This document shows, one piece after another, positions 63,901-64,000 of a stretch of 64,000 nucleotides of DNA; position 1 is the stretch's first letter, and each line of letters begins with the position of its first letter. The notes under the pieces were generated by a model, which worked only from the letters and a program-made list of their open reading frames with translations, did not search any database and was not told the origin of the DNA. The stretch spans positions 74,588,001 to 74,652,000 of the forward strand of contig NC_087437.1 in assembly GCF_036321535.1 (NCBI RefSeq). Direction: 5' to 3'. Position numbers and translations under genes: made by a program. Source of the DNA: Camelus dromedarius (lineage: Eukaryota).

Positions 63901-64000
63901 ACGACAGAGGAAACAGATCAGATCAAATGAAAACAATGAAGGCAAATAAAGCAATTTTTGAAGGCAAAAAGGAAGAGGATATCCTCGTTATCCTCCGACT

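Overview
Mammalian intergenic or intronic DNA, AT-rich and dominated by transposable-element fossils. The host is most likely a camelid (Camelus, Lama or Vicugna), inferred from several tRNA-Ala-derived SINEs resembling the camelid Vic-1 family. I found no intact host protein-coding exon; the ORFs I can recognise are decayed transposase, L1 ORF2 or retroviral fragments, and the rest look like chance ORFs. Main content: a near full-length Tigger1 (5665-8029); many L1, L2, MIR, MaLR and hAT remnants; two younger solo LTRs; and a degenerate env-bearing class III (ERV-L/HERV-S-like) provirus nested inside an older LTR (58585-61856). The most notable items are a 40-nt tailless 5S rRNA retrocopy with a perfect 15-bp target-site duplication (TSD) (58520-58559), a ~1 kb orphan polyadenylated retro-insertion of unknown source (1476-2525), and a twin-primed, 5'-inverted L1 (39878-41197). 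I cannot support a new biological system here. All repeat family names come from recalled consensus similarity and need RepeatMasker/Dfam confirmation; boundaries without a stated TSD are approximate.
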